From a bacterium (GTDB lineage Bacteria; Fidelibacterota; Fidelibacteria; Fidelibacterales; Fidelibacteraceae), in the NCBI GenBank assembly GCA_963676395.1, contig OY781066.1, positions 1,600,001 through 1,664,000 of the forward strand: a stretch of DNA of 64,000 nt, read 5' to 3'. How positions within the stretch are numbered: the first letter of the stretch is position 1; every line of letters starts with the position of its first letter. The notes beneath the pieces were generated by a model. The model worked only from the letters and a program-made list of their open reading frames with translations, had not been told where the DNA came from and ran no database searches. Below are positions 47,378 through 56,470 of the stretch, one piece after another. A program made the position numbers and the translations under genes.

Positions 47378-48274
47378 ATGAATAAAATACTGTCGAACTT
47401 TCTAAAGATCGCGGTAACTGTCTTTTTATTTTGGTGGTTGTCGCGCTCTGTAGATTTTTACGAGCTAGTGGCATATTTCAGATCTATCCCCACATACTTA
47501 GTCCTTTTAATTTATTTATTGGGTCTGATCAATGCGGGAGCACAAGGATTGAGGTTTTTCTACTCTGTCCATCTATTAATGCCTCCTTTTACTAAGAAAC
47601 AAGCCATTGTTTCACTTTTTGCCGGTTTTACTTTAAGAATTATTCTGCCGGGATCTGTGGGGGAAGTTGGAAAGATTTTTCTCTTACCCGGAGATAATAA
47701 ATCGAGGTTGTATACTTTCTTACTGGATGCATTCTATTGTACCGCGACAAATTTATTTTTCTTTGGTATAGCCTGCTTTTTACTTTTTCCCAAGATGTGG
47801 TATATGTTGGGATTCTGCTTTATCTTTATAGTCTTTTTCTGGATATATCGTTTGTTGGTGCACACCACTGATTTTAAAAAGCATATTCCCGATAATGTCC
47901 CTTATTTTAAATTTGGCGTAGCAAATATTACTTTTACAACTTTGACTATGGTTGTATACGTCAGTCAGTACTGGGCCCTATTAAAACAGTATGGCATGGA
48001 TCTTTTTGAGGTGGCAAAATCTTCCATTTTTATTCTTGGAGTCGGTTTTATTCCCTTCTCATTTGCTGGAATGGGATTTAGAGAAAATGGCGCTAAATAT
48101 GTTCTGGAAATGTTCAATGTTCCTTCTGAAGCGGCAGTGGGTGTAGCTTTGTTGATTTTCTCTGCAAATGTATTATTTCCTGCTTTGATCGGCGTGATCA
48201 TGTTGACCTTTGTATCTGATATTAAATTGCATGATATCAAAGAAATGGTTAAACGTAAAGAACGTGAATCGTAA
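47378..48274 (+). CDS. Lysylphosphatidylglycerol-synthase-TM (flippase-like) membrane protein
   Basis: LPGSVGEVGK, IPFSFAGMGFRE; many TM helices. Confidence 0.82.
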   Translation: MNKILSNFLKIAVTVFLFWWLSRSVDFYELVAYFRSIPTYLVLLIYLLGLINAGAQGLRFFYSVHLLMPPFTKKQAIVSLFAGFTLRIILPGSVGEVGKIFLLPGDNKSRLYTFLLDAFYCTATNLFFFGIACFLLFPKMWYMLGFCFIFIVFFWIYRLLVHTTDFKKHIPDNVPYFKFGVANITFTTLTMVVYVSQYWALLKQYGMDLFEVAKSSIFILGVGFIPFSFAGMGFRENGAKYVLEMFNVPSEAAVGVALLIFSANVLFPALIGVIMLTFVSDIKLHDIKEMVKRKERES

Positions 48275-48292
48275 ATAAAAAATTGTAAGAAC

Positions 48293-48320
48293 TAAGGGTT
48301 GAACATATTCAACCCTTTTT
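48293..48320 (+). terminator. Intrinsic terminator
   Basis: AAGGGTTGAA-CATA-TTCAACCCTTTTT. Confidence 0.75.
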
Positions 48321-48567
48321 CTTTTTATCTTATATTTTATTATCTTGTGAATACAGGAATCTTGTGTTTGGTTGACTTCGCGAGGTTCGCGATTGGCACA
48401 TAGATCCAGCTTAAAATTATCACTTAATTAATAAAGTATATTTCTGTTATTTTTAAATCTCAATTCCAACGCTTTATACCTTTATTATATGTGTGGACTA
48501 AATACGACAAAGGCTCGAATCGCTTTCACGACTGAGCCTTTGTCACCTTTCAGGAAATAGGTCTATA

Positions 48568-49803
48568 TCAGAAGAAATATGACATAGATAGATTCGAAGT
48601 CTTCGCTTTTTCTGCCTCACCATCATAAAACAGGTGATAGGTCTCAAAGGAAGCGCTGATGCTAAGTCCATTTTTTATAAAGAACGAAGCTCCCCAGGAT
48701 GTGGATGATTTGAATCGATCCTGGATTTCATTAGGTACCAAATTGCTCAACGAGAAGGCGCTCAGGCCTTGATATGTATCGGGTAGATATTGGTATCCAA
48801 AATAGAAATGTAAGGGTAACATGGGCACATGTAGAGCCATACCGATATGGTGAGAGCCAACAGCCGAAAGGTTATTGGTAATTTCTCTGTTGATTTCATC
48901 AACTCGGGTTTGCAATAAACCGTTGTTACCGCTTGAACGAACCTTTAGATCTTGCCAGTTAGTATAGTCATAACTGTAATAAAGATCTACAATTTTTAAG
49001 GTTATGGCGAACCCGGCTCTTAGTATTGCCGGTGAGGTCATGCTATACTCAACATTAGCTGATGAAGCGTCTTGATAAGTTCTTAAAGAATATTCATTTT
49101 CAATGCTAGTTGGAAGATCAATGCTGACACCAAGATTCAAAATTGAGATCGGGTGATACGTTAAACCGATTTTTGCACCGGCCCCAAAATAGGAATTTTC
49201 TTCAATGTAACCATCAGTATTTGCTTTAAAGTCCAGGTCATTGTTTCGTTCACCGCTTAATAAGGAAACTTCGGCTCCAACAAATATATCTTCCTGAACT
49301 TCCATAGCGCCGTTAAAGTGCCAATTGTAGATACCACCCGAACTGCGTTGAAGAATATCATCGTCTTGATAATACAAAGAAAAATCTTTTGTTTTATTTA
49401 CGCCTGCGGCGAAGTTTAAAGCGCCCGTGTAAACGGGAACCGAGATGATATACGATAAGCCGCCTAAGCTGTTTTTGTTTATACCATTATAATTCGTAAA
49501 CAATCCGTTAACTTGCAGACTATTGAATTTCGTCATGCCGAGGTTAGCTGGGTTGACTGTAAATTCAGGGACCATCTGTCCCGAAGCTACAGTTGCGTTT
49601 CCAATAGCAGTGGAAACGGGGCCGCCTTTATCTAAGCTGGAAATTCTTACGGGATAGGTATACCCGGTGGGTGAGCTGAAATGCTGATTGTCCAGATCAT
49701 AAGAATAAAAAGGGGCAAGTACATCCGGTAGTTCTTGAGAAAATGCAAAAACCGACAGAATGCCTAAGATGATAACTGTTGATATTTTATGTTTCATTTT
49801 CAT
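48568..49803 (-). CDS. Outer-membrane beta-barrel, FadL/OmpP1-like
   Basis: Signal peptide; AIGNATVA..NPANLG; amphipathic strands; C-terminal aromatic SYFF. Confidence 0.7.
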   Translation of the reverse strand: MKMKHKISTVIILGILSVFAFSQELPDVLAPFYSYDLDNQHFSSPTGYTYPVRISSLDKGGPVSTAIGNATVASGQMVPEFTVNPANLGMTKFNSLQVNGLFTNYNGINKNSLGGLSYIISVPVYTGALNFAAGVNKTKDFSLYYQDDDILQRSSGGIYNWHFNGAMEVQEDIFVGAEVSLLSGERNNDLDFKANTDGYIEENSYFGAGAKIGLTYHPISILNLGVSIDLPTSIENEYSLRTYQDASSANVEYSMTSPAILRAGFAITLKIVDLYYSYDYTNWQDLKVRSSGNNGLLQTRVDEINREITNNLSAVGSHHIGMALHVPMLPLHFYFGYQYLPDTYQGLSAFSLSNLVPNEIQDRFKSSTSWGASFFIKNGLSISASFETYHLFYDGEAEKAKTSNLSMSYFF

Positions 49804-50591
49804 TATTTACTCTTTTTACTACTTGAAGATGTTGATTGTGACCTATTGTTCTTAGATGAAGTCGAAGTGGTATGTGAACCCTTACTGGGTTTGCTTGAAC
49901 TGGATGAAGAACTGGAAGAGCTTTTAGGTCTGTAGACGGCTGTTGAAGACTTCTTGGTATTAGAAGAGCTACTTGGGCGCTTGTAATTTTCTCCGGATGA
50001 TTTAGTTTCGGTAGATTTATAAGTTCTATTTGAATTTACTGAAGTCTTTCCAACTTTTTCCACTCTAGGGGAATATACCGTTCCTGTTCGTGTTGTTTTG
50101 TTTTCGAGTTTTACTTTTCCGACTCTCTGGGTACCACTGTCCTGGTTATATACCGAGATATAGGGTGCTGAACCTGTGGGGGAGTTTATTAATTCGGTGT
50201 AACCGGGTTTACGAATTCGCTCTTTATTACCCGAAGAACCACCGGTATCTCCACCATGCCAGGTGTAGTCGTGATCATAATAATACCAGTAGTTGTTATA
50301 AGGATTATAATAATAATAATAACCGCCCCAATAATGTGGACGCCAGCGATAATATGAATAATCATAATAGAACGGATCCCAATAGTAGTCGCCCCATAAC
50401 CAACTATACCTTGAATAGTGAGGTATTTGATAGTATTCGGATGTTTCGTAGTAATTGTTTATGATCACCTGTTTCACCGAGTCAGGAACTTCTTCTGCTG
50501 ATTGCATTTGCATGCTCATAGGAGGATAAAGGGTTGTATAACAACCGCTAAGTATGACAGCGACAAGCATGATCAATAATGTTTTTTTCAT
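49803..50591 (-). CDS. Tyr/Trp-rich lipoprotein with Ser-rich disordered tail
   Basis: Lipobox LSGC; YWDPFYY..; poly-Ser C-terminus; coupled to the barrel gene. Confidence 0.8.
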   Translation of the reverse strand: MKKTLLIMLVAVILSGCYTTLYPPMSMQMQSAEEVPDSVKQVIINNYYETSEYYQIPHYSRYSWLWGDYYWDPFYYDYSYYRWRPHYWGGYYYYYNPYNNYWYYYDHDYTWHGGDTGGSSGNKERIRKPGYTELINSPTGSAPYISVYNQDSGTQRVGKVKLENKTTRTGTVYSPRVEKVGKTSVNSNRTYKSTETKSSGENYKRPSSSSNTKKSSTAVYRPKSSSSSSSSSSKPSKGSHTTSTSSKNNRSQSTSSSSKKSK

Positions 50592-50766
50592 GTTTCACCT
50601 CGTTATAGAATATTAGTGCAACGACTATATATAAAAATAGTTTCCCTATAATTAAGACACAAGGGATAAAATTATGTTAATAATGGCTTAATGGTAAAAA
50701 GGGGGGGCTAAAAACGCTATAATTAATTGATTTATAGTTTATTAAATAAGATTTCTTATTTTTTAA

Positions 50767-51801
50767 GGCTTAATGGTAAAAATGGGGGGCTAAAAACGCT
50801 ATAATTAATTGATTTATAGTTTATTAAATAAGATTTCTTATTTTTTAAATAAAAAGATGGCTAAAAAGATGTCCAAAATGTGGTGGAAATAGCACCAAAA
50901 AGAACGGAAAGAAGAGGGGAAAACAGAGCTATAAATGCAACGATTGTCACCACAGATTCTCCAGCAAATCAAGACCAAGAAAAAAAATATCTCACAGTCT
51001 TTTCGTTGATTATTTTGAAGGCAAGCAAAGCTTACGACAGTTATCAGAAAAGTATCATTTAAGCATTAAAACAATCCGATCAAAATTAGCAGATCATCAA
51101 GTCACTATCCCCGATTACAAACCTTCAGATACAGTGATCATTATGGATAGTAGCTACTTCAGACGAGGCTTTGGTGTCATGGTATTTAAAGATGCGTATA
51201 GTAAAAAGAATCTTGATTGGCGGTACATCAAGACAGAAACAATTGATCTTTACAAACAAGGTATTGGTTTGCTAAAGATGAGAGGATGGATAATAAAAGC
51301 TATCGTCTGTGACGGCAGAAGAGGCTTATTTAAGGCGTTTGCAGAAATCCCTATCCAAATGTGTCACTTCCACCAACAGGCTATCATAAGGCGTTATTTA
51401 ACACTGAATCCACGCACACCGGCCGGCCATGAGCTCAAAGAAATATCATACCAACTCAAAAACATTGATAAAACATCTTGGATCTTCATATTAGATCATT
51501 GGCATAAAAAATGGCAAAATTATTTGAAAGAAAAAACGGTTAATCCAATTACGGGTAAGTGGCATTATACTCACAAAAGATTGAGAAGTGCTTATCGAAG
51601 CCTAAAGACAAACACACCTTATCTTTTTACTTTCCAAGATTACCCTGATTTACATATCCCAAACACAACAAATCTACTGGAAGGTAACTTTACTGAATTA
51701 AAAACAAAGCTAAGAAATCATGCTGGAATTAAGGATGAAATGAAAACTAAATTAACAGACCATTTTTTGGCCAAATAGCCCCCCATTTTTACCATTAAGC
51801 C
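50767..51801 (+). mobile_element. IS256-like element (inner intact copy, 1035 bp)
   Basis: Perfect 26-bp IRs (50767..50792 and 51776..51801); 8-bp TSD TTTTTTAA at 50759..50766 and 51802..51809. Confidence 0.92.
50849..51778 (+). CDS. Transposase, IS256 family Zn-binding variant-like (start uncertain)
   Basis: The open frame includes KRCPKCGG..KNG..YKCNDC, an HTH (LRQLSEKYHLSIKTI), IIMDSSYF, VCDGRRG, QMCHFH, PNTTNLLEG. Confidence 0.85.
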   Translation: MKRWLKRCPKCGGNSTKKNGKKRGKQSYKCNDCHHRFSSKSRPRKKISHSLFVDYFEGKQSLRQLSEKYHLSIKTIRSKLADHQVTIPDYKPSDTVIIMDSSYFRRGFGVMVFKDAYSKKNLDWRYIKTETIDLYKQGIGLLKMRGWIIKAIVCDGRRGLFKAFAEIPIQMCHFHQQAIIRRYLTLNPRTPAGHELKEISYQLKNIDKTSWIFILDHWHKKWQNYLKEKTVNPITGKWHYTHKRLRSAYRSLKTNTPYLFTFQDYPDLHIPNTTNLLEGNFTELKTKLRNHAGIKDEMKTKLTDHFLAK

Positions 51802-51809
51802 TTTTTTAA

Positions 51810-52739
51810 ATAAAAAGATGGCTAAAAAGATGTCCAAAATGTGGTGGAAATAGCACCAAAAAGAACGGAAAGAAGAGGGGAAAACAGAGCTATAAATGCA
51901 ACGATTGTCACCACAGATTCTCCAGCAAATCAAGACCAAGAAAAAAAATATCTCACAGTCTTTTCGTTGATTATTTTGAAGGCAAGCAAAGCTTACGACA
52001 GTTATCAGAAAAGTATCATTTAAGCATTAAAACAATCCGATCAAAATTAGCAGATCATCAAGTCACTATCCCCGATTACAAACCTTCAGATACAGTGATC
52101 ATTATGGATAGTAGCTACTTCAGACGAGGCTTTGGTGTCATGGTATTTAAAGATGCGTATAGTAAAAAGAATCTTGATTGGCGGTACATCAAGACAGAAA
52201 CAATTGATCTTTACAAACAAGGTATTGGTTTGCTAAAGATGAGAGGATGGATAATAAAAGCTATCGTCTGTGACGGCAGAAGAGGCTTATTTAAGGCGTT
52301 TGCAGAAATCCCTATCCAAATGTGTCACTTCCACCAACAGGCTATCATAAGGCGTTATTTAACACTGAATCCACGCACACCGGCCGGCCATGAGCTCAAA
52401 GAAATATCATACCAACTCAAAAACATTGATAAAACATCTTGGATCTTCATATTAGATCATTGGCATAAAAAATGGCAAAATTATTTGAAAGAAAAAACGG
52501 TTAATCCAATTACGGGTAAGTGGCATTATACTCACAAAAGATTGAGAAGTGCTTATCGAAGCCTAAAGACAAACACACCTTATCTTTTTACTTTCCAAGA
52601 TTACCCTGATTTACATATCCCAAACACAACAAATCTACTGGAAGGTAACTTTACTGAATTAAAAACAAAGCTAAGAAATCATGCTGGAATTAAGGATGAA
52701 ATGAAAACTAAATTAACAGACCATTTTTTGGCCAAATAG
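51810..52739 (+). CDS. Transposase, identical second copy
   Basis: Same sequence offset by 961 bp. Confidence 0.85.
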   Translation: MKRWLKRCPKCGGNSTKKNGKKRGKQSYKCNDCHHRFSSKSRPRKKISHSLFVDYFEGKQSLRQLSEKYHLSIKTIRSKLADHQVTIPDYKPSDTVIIMDSSYFRRGFGVMVFKDAYSKKNLDWRYIKTETIDLYKQGIGLLKMRGWIIKAIVCDGRRGLFKAFAEIPIQMCHFHQQAIIRRYLTLNPRTPAGHELKEISYQLKNIDKTSWIFILDHWHKKWQNYLKEKTVNPITGKWHYTHKRLRSAYRSLKTNTPYLFTFQDYPDLHIPNTTNLLEGNFTELKTKLRNHAGIKDEMKTKLTDHFLAK

Positions 52740-52859
52740 CCCCCCATTTTTACCATTAAGCCTTAATAATAAATATTTTTAATATCGAGTATTTACTTAA
52801 CATCATAAACTCTTTAAAATTGTTATCTAAGTGTTGGAAATAACAAAATCAATGGAATT

Positions 52860-52884
52860 AAAAAACCCCCGATTTCTCGGGGGT
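52860..52884 (-). terminator. Terminator of the TPR gene
   Basis: AAAAAACCCCCGA-TTTC-TCGGGGGT. Confidence 0.75.
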
Positions 52885-52912
52885 AATATATAAAATATTA
52901 ATTAATTACTAA

Positions 52913-53983
52913 TTAATTACCACCTTCTAATTCACGACCGCGGTTAAACAGTTCCAAACCTTCTTGAACACGACCTTGCTGAGAAAGCGTAACACCCATT
53001 AGTTTTAGGTATTTGGGGTTTTCGGGTTCTCTGTCAAGTAGTTGTTGAAAATAGTATTCTGCAGTGACGAAATCTTCGCGATCAAAGTAAACCTGTCCAA
53101 CCGTTTCGATGGCTTGTAGATCATCGGGATCTAATGCCGTAACAGTTTCGAATTGAACTGTAGCAGATTCGATATCACTCAAGCGAAGATAAGCCAAACC
53201 TAGGTTGAAATATAAATCTTTATTACCGGGGTCAACGGCAATGAGTTGATTATAAATTTCGGCTGATTTTTCAAACATGTCTTGTTCGTAAAGGAACTGT
53301 GCATAAACTTTGCCTATTCCCATGCTTTCGGGTGAAGCGGCAAAGGCTTCTTCAAAAACGACCAAGGCTTCATCTTTGCGATCGTCTTTAGCAAGAATGC
53401 GAGCTTTTTCAGCTTTTAGATCGGCATTTTTAGGAGCTTTTGCAATCGCTTTATCCAGTTCAACAATCGCTTGAACATTGTTTTGGTTAAGTTCGCTGTA
53501 GATTCTTGCTATCTGGATAGCAGCTTTGGGATCTGCGGGTTTCATTTCTGCAGCAAGACCAAAGAATTTTAATGCATCTGCAAGATCCGCATCTCTGTTT
53601 GTCGATTCGTTGCGAATGACTTTATTGTATGAAACAACAGCAGCATTAAACGATCCACCGTAAAGTTGTTCGCGTAACTGTTTCATGTTATCAGGCATGT
53701 ATGATCTGTCGCGTTTTAGTGTCTCATCATAATATTTTTTAGCTTTAGAAATATCCATTAAACCACTGTTTCTGTTGGCATAGATCTCTACAGCTAAAAG
53801 GTATGGGATCTCAGGGTTTTCAGGTTCTACATCCAATGCAGTTAAAAAGTTGTATTCCGCTTTAGCGAAATCTTTTTGTTGTACATAAACTTTAGCTGAT
53901 GTTAATTCCTGTGATTGGCAACCGAAAAAAGTAAAGACAGCAACCAAAATCAGTATGGGGGCTAAAATACGTGAGCGTTTCAT
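52913..53983 (-). CDS. TPR-repeat lipoprotein
   Basis: Start ATG 53983 (SD AGGAG); FFGC lipobox; repeated TPRs (DPGNKDLYFNLGLAY). Confidence 0.88.
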   Translation of the reverse strand: MKRSRILAPILILVAVFTFFGCQSQELTSAKVYVQQKDFAKAEYNFLTALDVEPENPEIPYLLAVEIYANRNSGLMDISKAKKYYDETLKRDRSYMPDNMKQLREQLYGGSFNAAVVSYNKVIRNESTNRDADLADALKFFGLAAEMKPADPKAAIQIARIYSELNQNNVQAIVELDKAIAKAPKNADLKAEKARILAKDDRKDEALVVFEEAFAASPESMGIGKVYAQFLYEQDMFEKSAEIYNQLIAVDPGNKDLYFNLGLAYLRLSDIESATVQFETVTALDPDDLQAIETVGQVYFDREDFVTAEYYFQQLLDREPENPKYLKLMGVTLSQQGRVQEGLELFNRGRELEGGN

Positions 53984-54137
53984 TCTATAACTCCTAATAG
54001 ATTTCATTTTAACGGTGAAATATATAATAAAAGTCATATTAATAAAAGGGAAAAGAATGAATTTGAGGGGCAAAATACTCAATAGCCTCGGGTTTAAACC
54101 CAAGGCTATTCACAATGTTATTTTTTAAGAATTATAT

Positions 54138-55565
54138 TTAAAAGAAGAGGTCTCTTTCTCCGTTCTTGATCCGCTCAAGTCTAACACGTGTTTCTTTTGC
54201 TGTAATGGGATCATCCATTTTTTGAATATTATCTTCTATAATTTTCCAACCCATGGTTGCCGTTTTTTCCGGAGCATAGTCTTCGAGATATTCAGCAAGC
54301 GTTAGGATTGCATTGGGTGTGCAATATCGTTTAATAAAACCCGGTACAGAGAATTCCATAAAGTGTTCGCCGGTTCGACCGACACGATAGCAACCGGTAC
54401 AGAACGAGGGGAGATAACCTTGTTCAAGCAATTCTTCAATGATCTCATTTAAAGAGCGGGAATCATTGATCTCAAATTGTTCACGATTTAGATTCTGAGA
54501 TTCTTTTTGTTTTTCGGCATAAGAACCCAGTTCCAATTTTGTACCGCCATCTATTTGTGAAACACCAAATGTTAATGCTTCTTGTCTGATCGAGACAGGT
54601 TCCCTTGCGGTAAGGATCATGCCGGTATAGGGTACGGCCAAACGCAAGATCGCGATCAAGCGTGTAAAATCTTCGTCACTGACTTCATATTCTTTTTTAA
54701 CCTCAGTTCCTGCCGCTGCTTTAATTCTTGGAAAAGAAATAGTATGGGGACCTATGTTGTATACCGCTTCAAAGTGATTGGTGTGTCGTAATAATGCCAA
54801 CACTTCATATTTCCAATTGTATAGTCCGAACAAGGCGCCGATCCCAAGGTCGTCTATGCCTCCTTCCATGGCTCTGTCAAGTGATGTCAAACGCCATTCA
54901 AAGTCACTCTTTGGACCGGAAGGATGGTAGAATTTATATGTTTCGGGATGGTAGGTTTCTTGAAAAACCTGATAAGTGCCGATACCGGCTTCTTTTACGG
55001 TTTTAAAACCTTCAATGTCAAGAGGGGCAGCGTTAATGTTGACACGTCGAATCTCACCTTTGCCTTTTTTAACTTGATAAACGGTTTTTACCGTATCGGC
55101 AATAAAATTAGCATCGTAATCAGGATGTTCACCATAAACAAGAATAAGCCTTTTTTGACCATTCTCTTCTAGAGCCTCAACTTCTTGAACCATTTCATCT
55201 TTTGAAAGTGTTGTACGAAGTTGTTGGGTGTTTGAAATGCGAAAACCACAATACTTGCAATTGTTTATGCATTTATTACCTACATATAAGGGGGCAAATA
55301 GAACAATTCTGTTACCATAAATATTTTCTTTGAGCTTGCGGGCACCTTCTTTGATCTCTTTGATCAACTTAGGGTCATCAGCATTTAAAAGATCAGCAGT
55401 TTCCTGCAATGAGAGTCTTTCTTTGTTGATAGATTTTGCGATGATCTCTCGAACTCGATCTGCCGAGGGTATAGGGCGATCGAGAAATTCTTGTATTTCT
55501 TCGGGGTCAATGAATGGCTTCATTGCTTCGTCGGGAAGTCGGTAAGTTTGGGGCTTAAATTTCAT
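54138..55565 (-). CDS. hydG: [FeFe]-hydrogenase H-cluster radical SAM maturase
   Basis: YGNRIVLFAPLY, CINNCKYC, IRRVNINAAP, PSFCTGCYR..C, GERDLFF. Confidence 0.96.
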   Translation of the reverse strand: MKFKPQTYRLPDEAMKPFIDPEEIQEFLDRPIPSADRVREIIAKSINKERLSLQETADLLNADDPKLIKEIKEGARKLKENIYGNRIVLFAPLYVGNKCINNCKYCGFRISNTQQLRTTLSKDEMVQEVEALEENGQKRLILVYGEHPDYDANFIADTVKTVYQVKKGKGEIRRVNINAAPLDIEGFKTVKEAGIGTYQVFQETYHPETYKFYHPSGPKSDFEWRLTSLDRAMEGGIDDLGIGALFGLYNWKYEVLALLRHTNHFEAVYNIGPHTISFPRIKAAAGTEVKKEYEVSDEDFTRLIAILRLAVPYTGMILTAREPVSIRQEALTFGVSQIDGGTKLELGSYAEKQKESQNLNREQFEINDSRSLNEIIEELLEQGYLPSFCTGCYRVGRTGEHFMEFSVPGFIKRYCTPNAILTLAEYLEDYAPEKTATMGWKIIEDNIQKMDDPITAKETRVRLERIKNGERDLFF

Positions 55566-55639
55566 GTTTCTCCTAATTTAAAACGAACACGGATTTTACA
55601 CATTCAAGATGTGAAAGTCCACCAAAATCAATAGAATGT

Positions 55640-55957
55640 TAGACAGGATGACGGGATTTACCGGATAGGGTTTTTAGATGGTATAAGCAGGATAGATATC
55701 ATTGAATAAGTTTTAAAAAACGTGATTTGGGTCACACTTTGATTTTGAGGATTTATATATGAAAATTGATTAGATTTATTTGTTAACATCAAAATATTAT
55801 CATCAGTGGCGATGAATCTTGATGTAGGTTTACTGATCAATTTTGGTGAAAAGAAAGTTGAGATACGACGCAAACTTAAGGATCTGGACAAAAATAAATC
55901 TACTTAATCCAGTTATCTTGTCTAGGGCAAATCAAGTCAATCTTGTTATCCTATCTA
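55640..55957 (+). pseudogene. Decayed GxxExxY-family gene remnant flanked by inverted ~9-mer repeat tracts
   Basis: 55812..55907 reads MNLDVGLLINFGEKKVEIRRK..., a GxxExxY-like C-terminus; flanks 55640..55659 and 55905..55924 are 16/20 inverted matches. Confidence 0.6.
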
Positions 55958-55976
55958 GAGAAAAAATCTCATCATA

Positions 55977-56017
55977 AAGAAAAACCCCTCGCGATTTGGA
56001 TCGAGGGGTTTTTTCTT
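55977..56017 (-). terminator. Terminator of the hydrogenase operon
   Basis: AAGAAAAACCCCTCG...CGAGGGGTTTTTTCTT. Confidence 0.8.
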
Positions 56018-56038
56018 GATTATAAATAAAGAATTATT

Positions 56039-56452
56039 TTATTTATTTTTTGCTTCAAGAGCGGGGATGACCTTTTCTTCAATGTATTGAAGAAGATCAC
56101 GGGGAGCAATGGGTTTATCAAGGTAATCATCCGCATTGATCCAGCTTTTTTCTTCTTTGGTCTTGGTGGAGAAACGGTAACCTGTTTCGTGACCGGTTGA
56201 AGTAAAGATTACAACCCAGCGATCGTCACGTTCGGGCTGGCGGCCCATCCAGTGAGTTAGCACAAAACCACTGTCGAAGTGTTCCATGACAAGGTCACAG
56301 AAAATGATACCGGGATCGAAACTTTCAAACAGTTCTTTGGCTTCGGTTGTATTGTAAGCAGCTTTTACATCATACCCGTTCTGCTGGAGATAGGGTTGAT
56401 ACATGTCGATCAAATCGGGATCGTCGTCAATTAATAAGATTTTTTTATTCAT
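56039..56452 (-). CDS. Single-domain response regulator (receiver)
   Basis: ILLIDDD, FCDLVM, DYLDKP. Confidence 0.9.
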   Translation of the reverse strand: MNKKILLIDDDPDLIDMYQPYLQQNGYDVKAAYNTTEAKELFESFDPGIIFCDLVMEHFDSGFVLTHWMGRQPERDDRWVVIFTSTGHETGYRFSTKTKEEKSWINADDYLDKPIAPRDLLQYIEEKVIPALEAKNK

Positions 56453-56470
56453 CGTATCATCCTTTCGGGT

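Larger units (their letters stand above)
50685..52762 (+). mobile_element. IS256-like element (outer copy, 1035 bp) interrupted by a second copy
   Basis: IRL GGCTTAATGGTAAAAAGGGGGGGCTA 50685..50710; IRR ends 52762; 8-bp TSD TTAATAAT at 50677..50684 and 52763..52770. Confidence 0.9.

Noticed and set aside
50880..51062. 60-aa ORF (and its copy at 51841) as a separate IS gene
   Set aside because: An alternate frame of the transposase N-terminus; the Zn-finger/HTH frame is continuous with the DDE domain.
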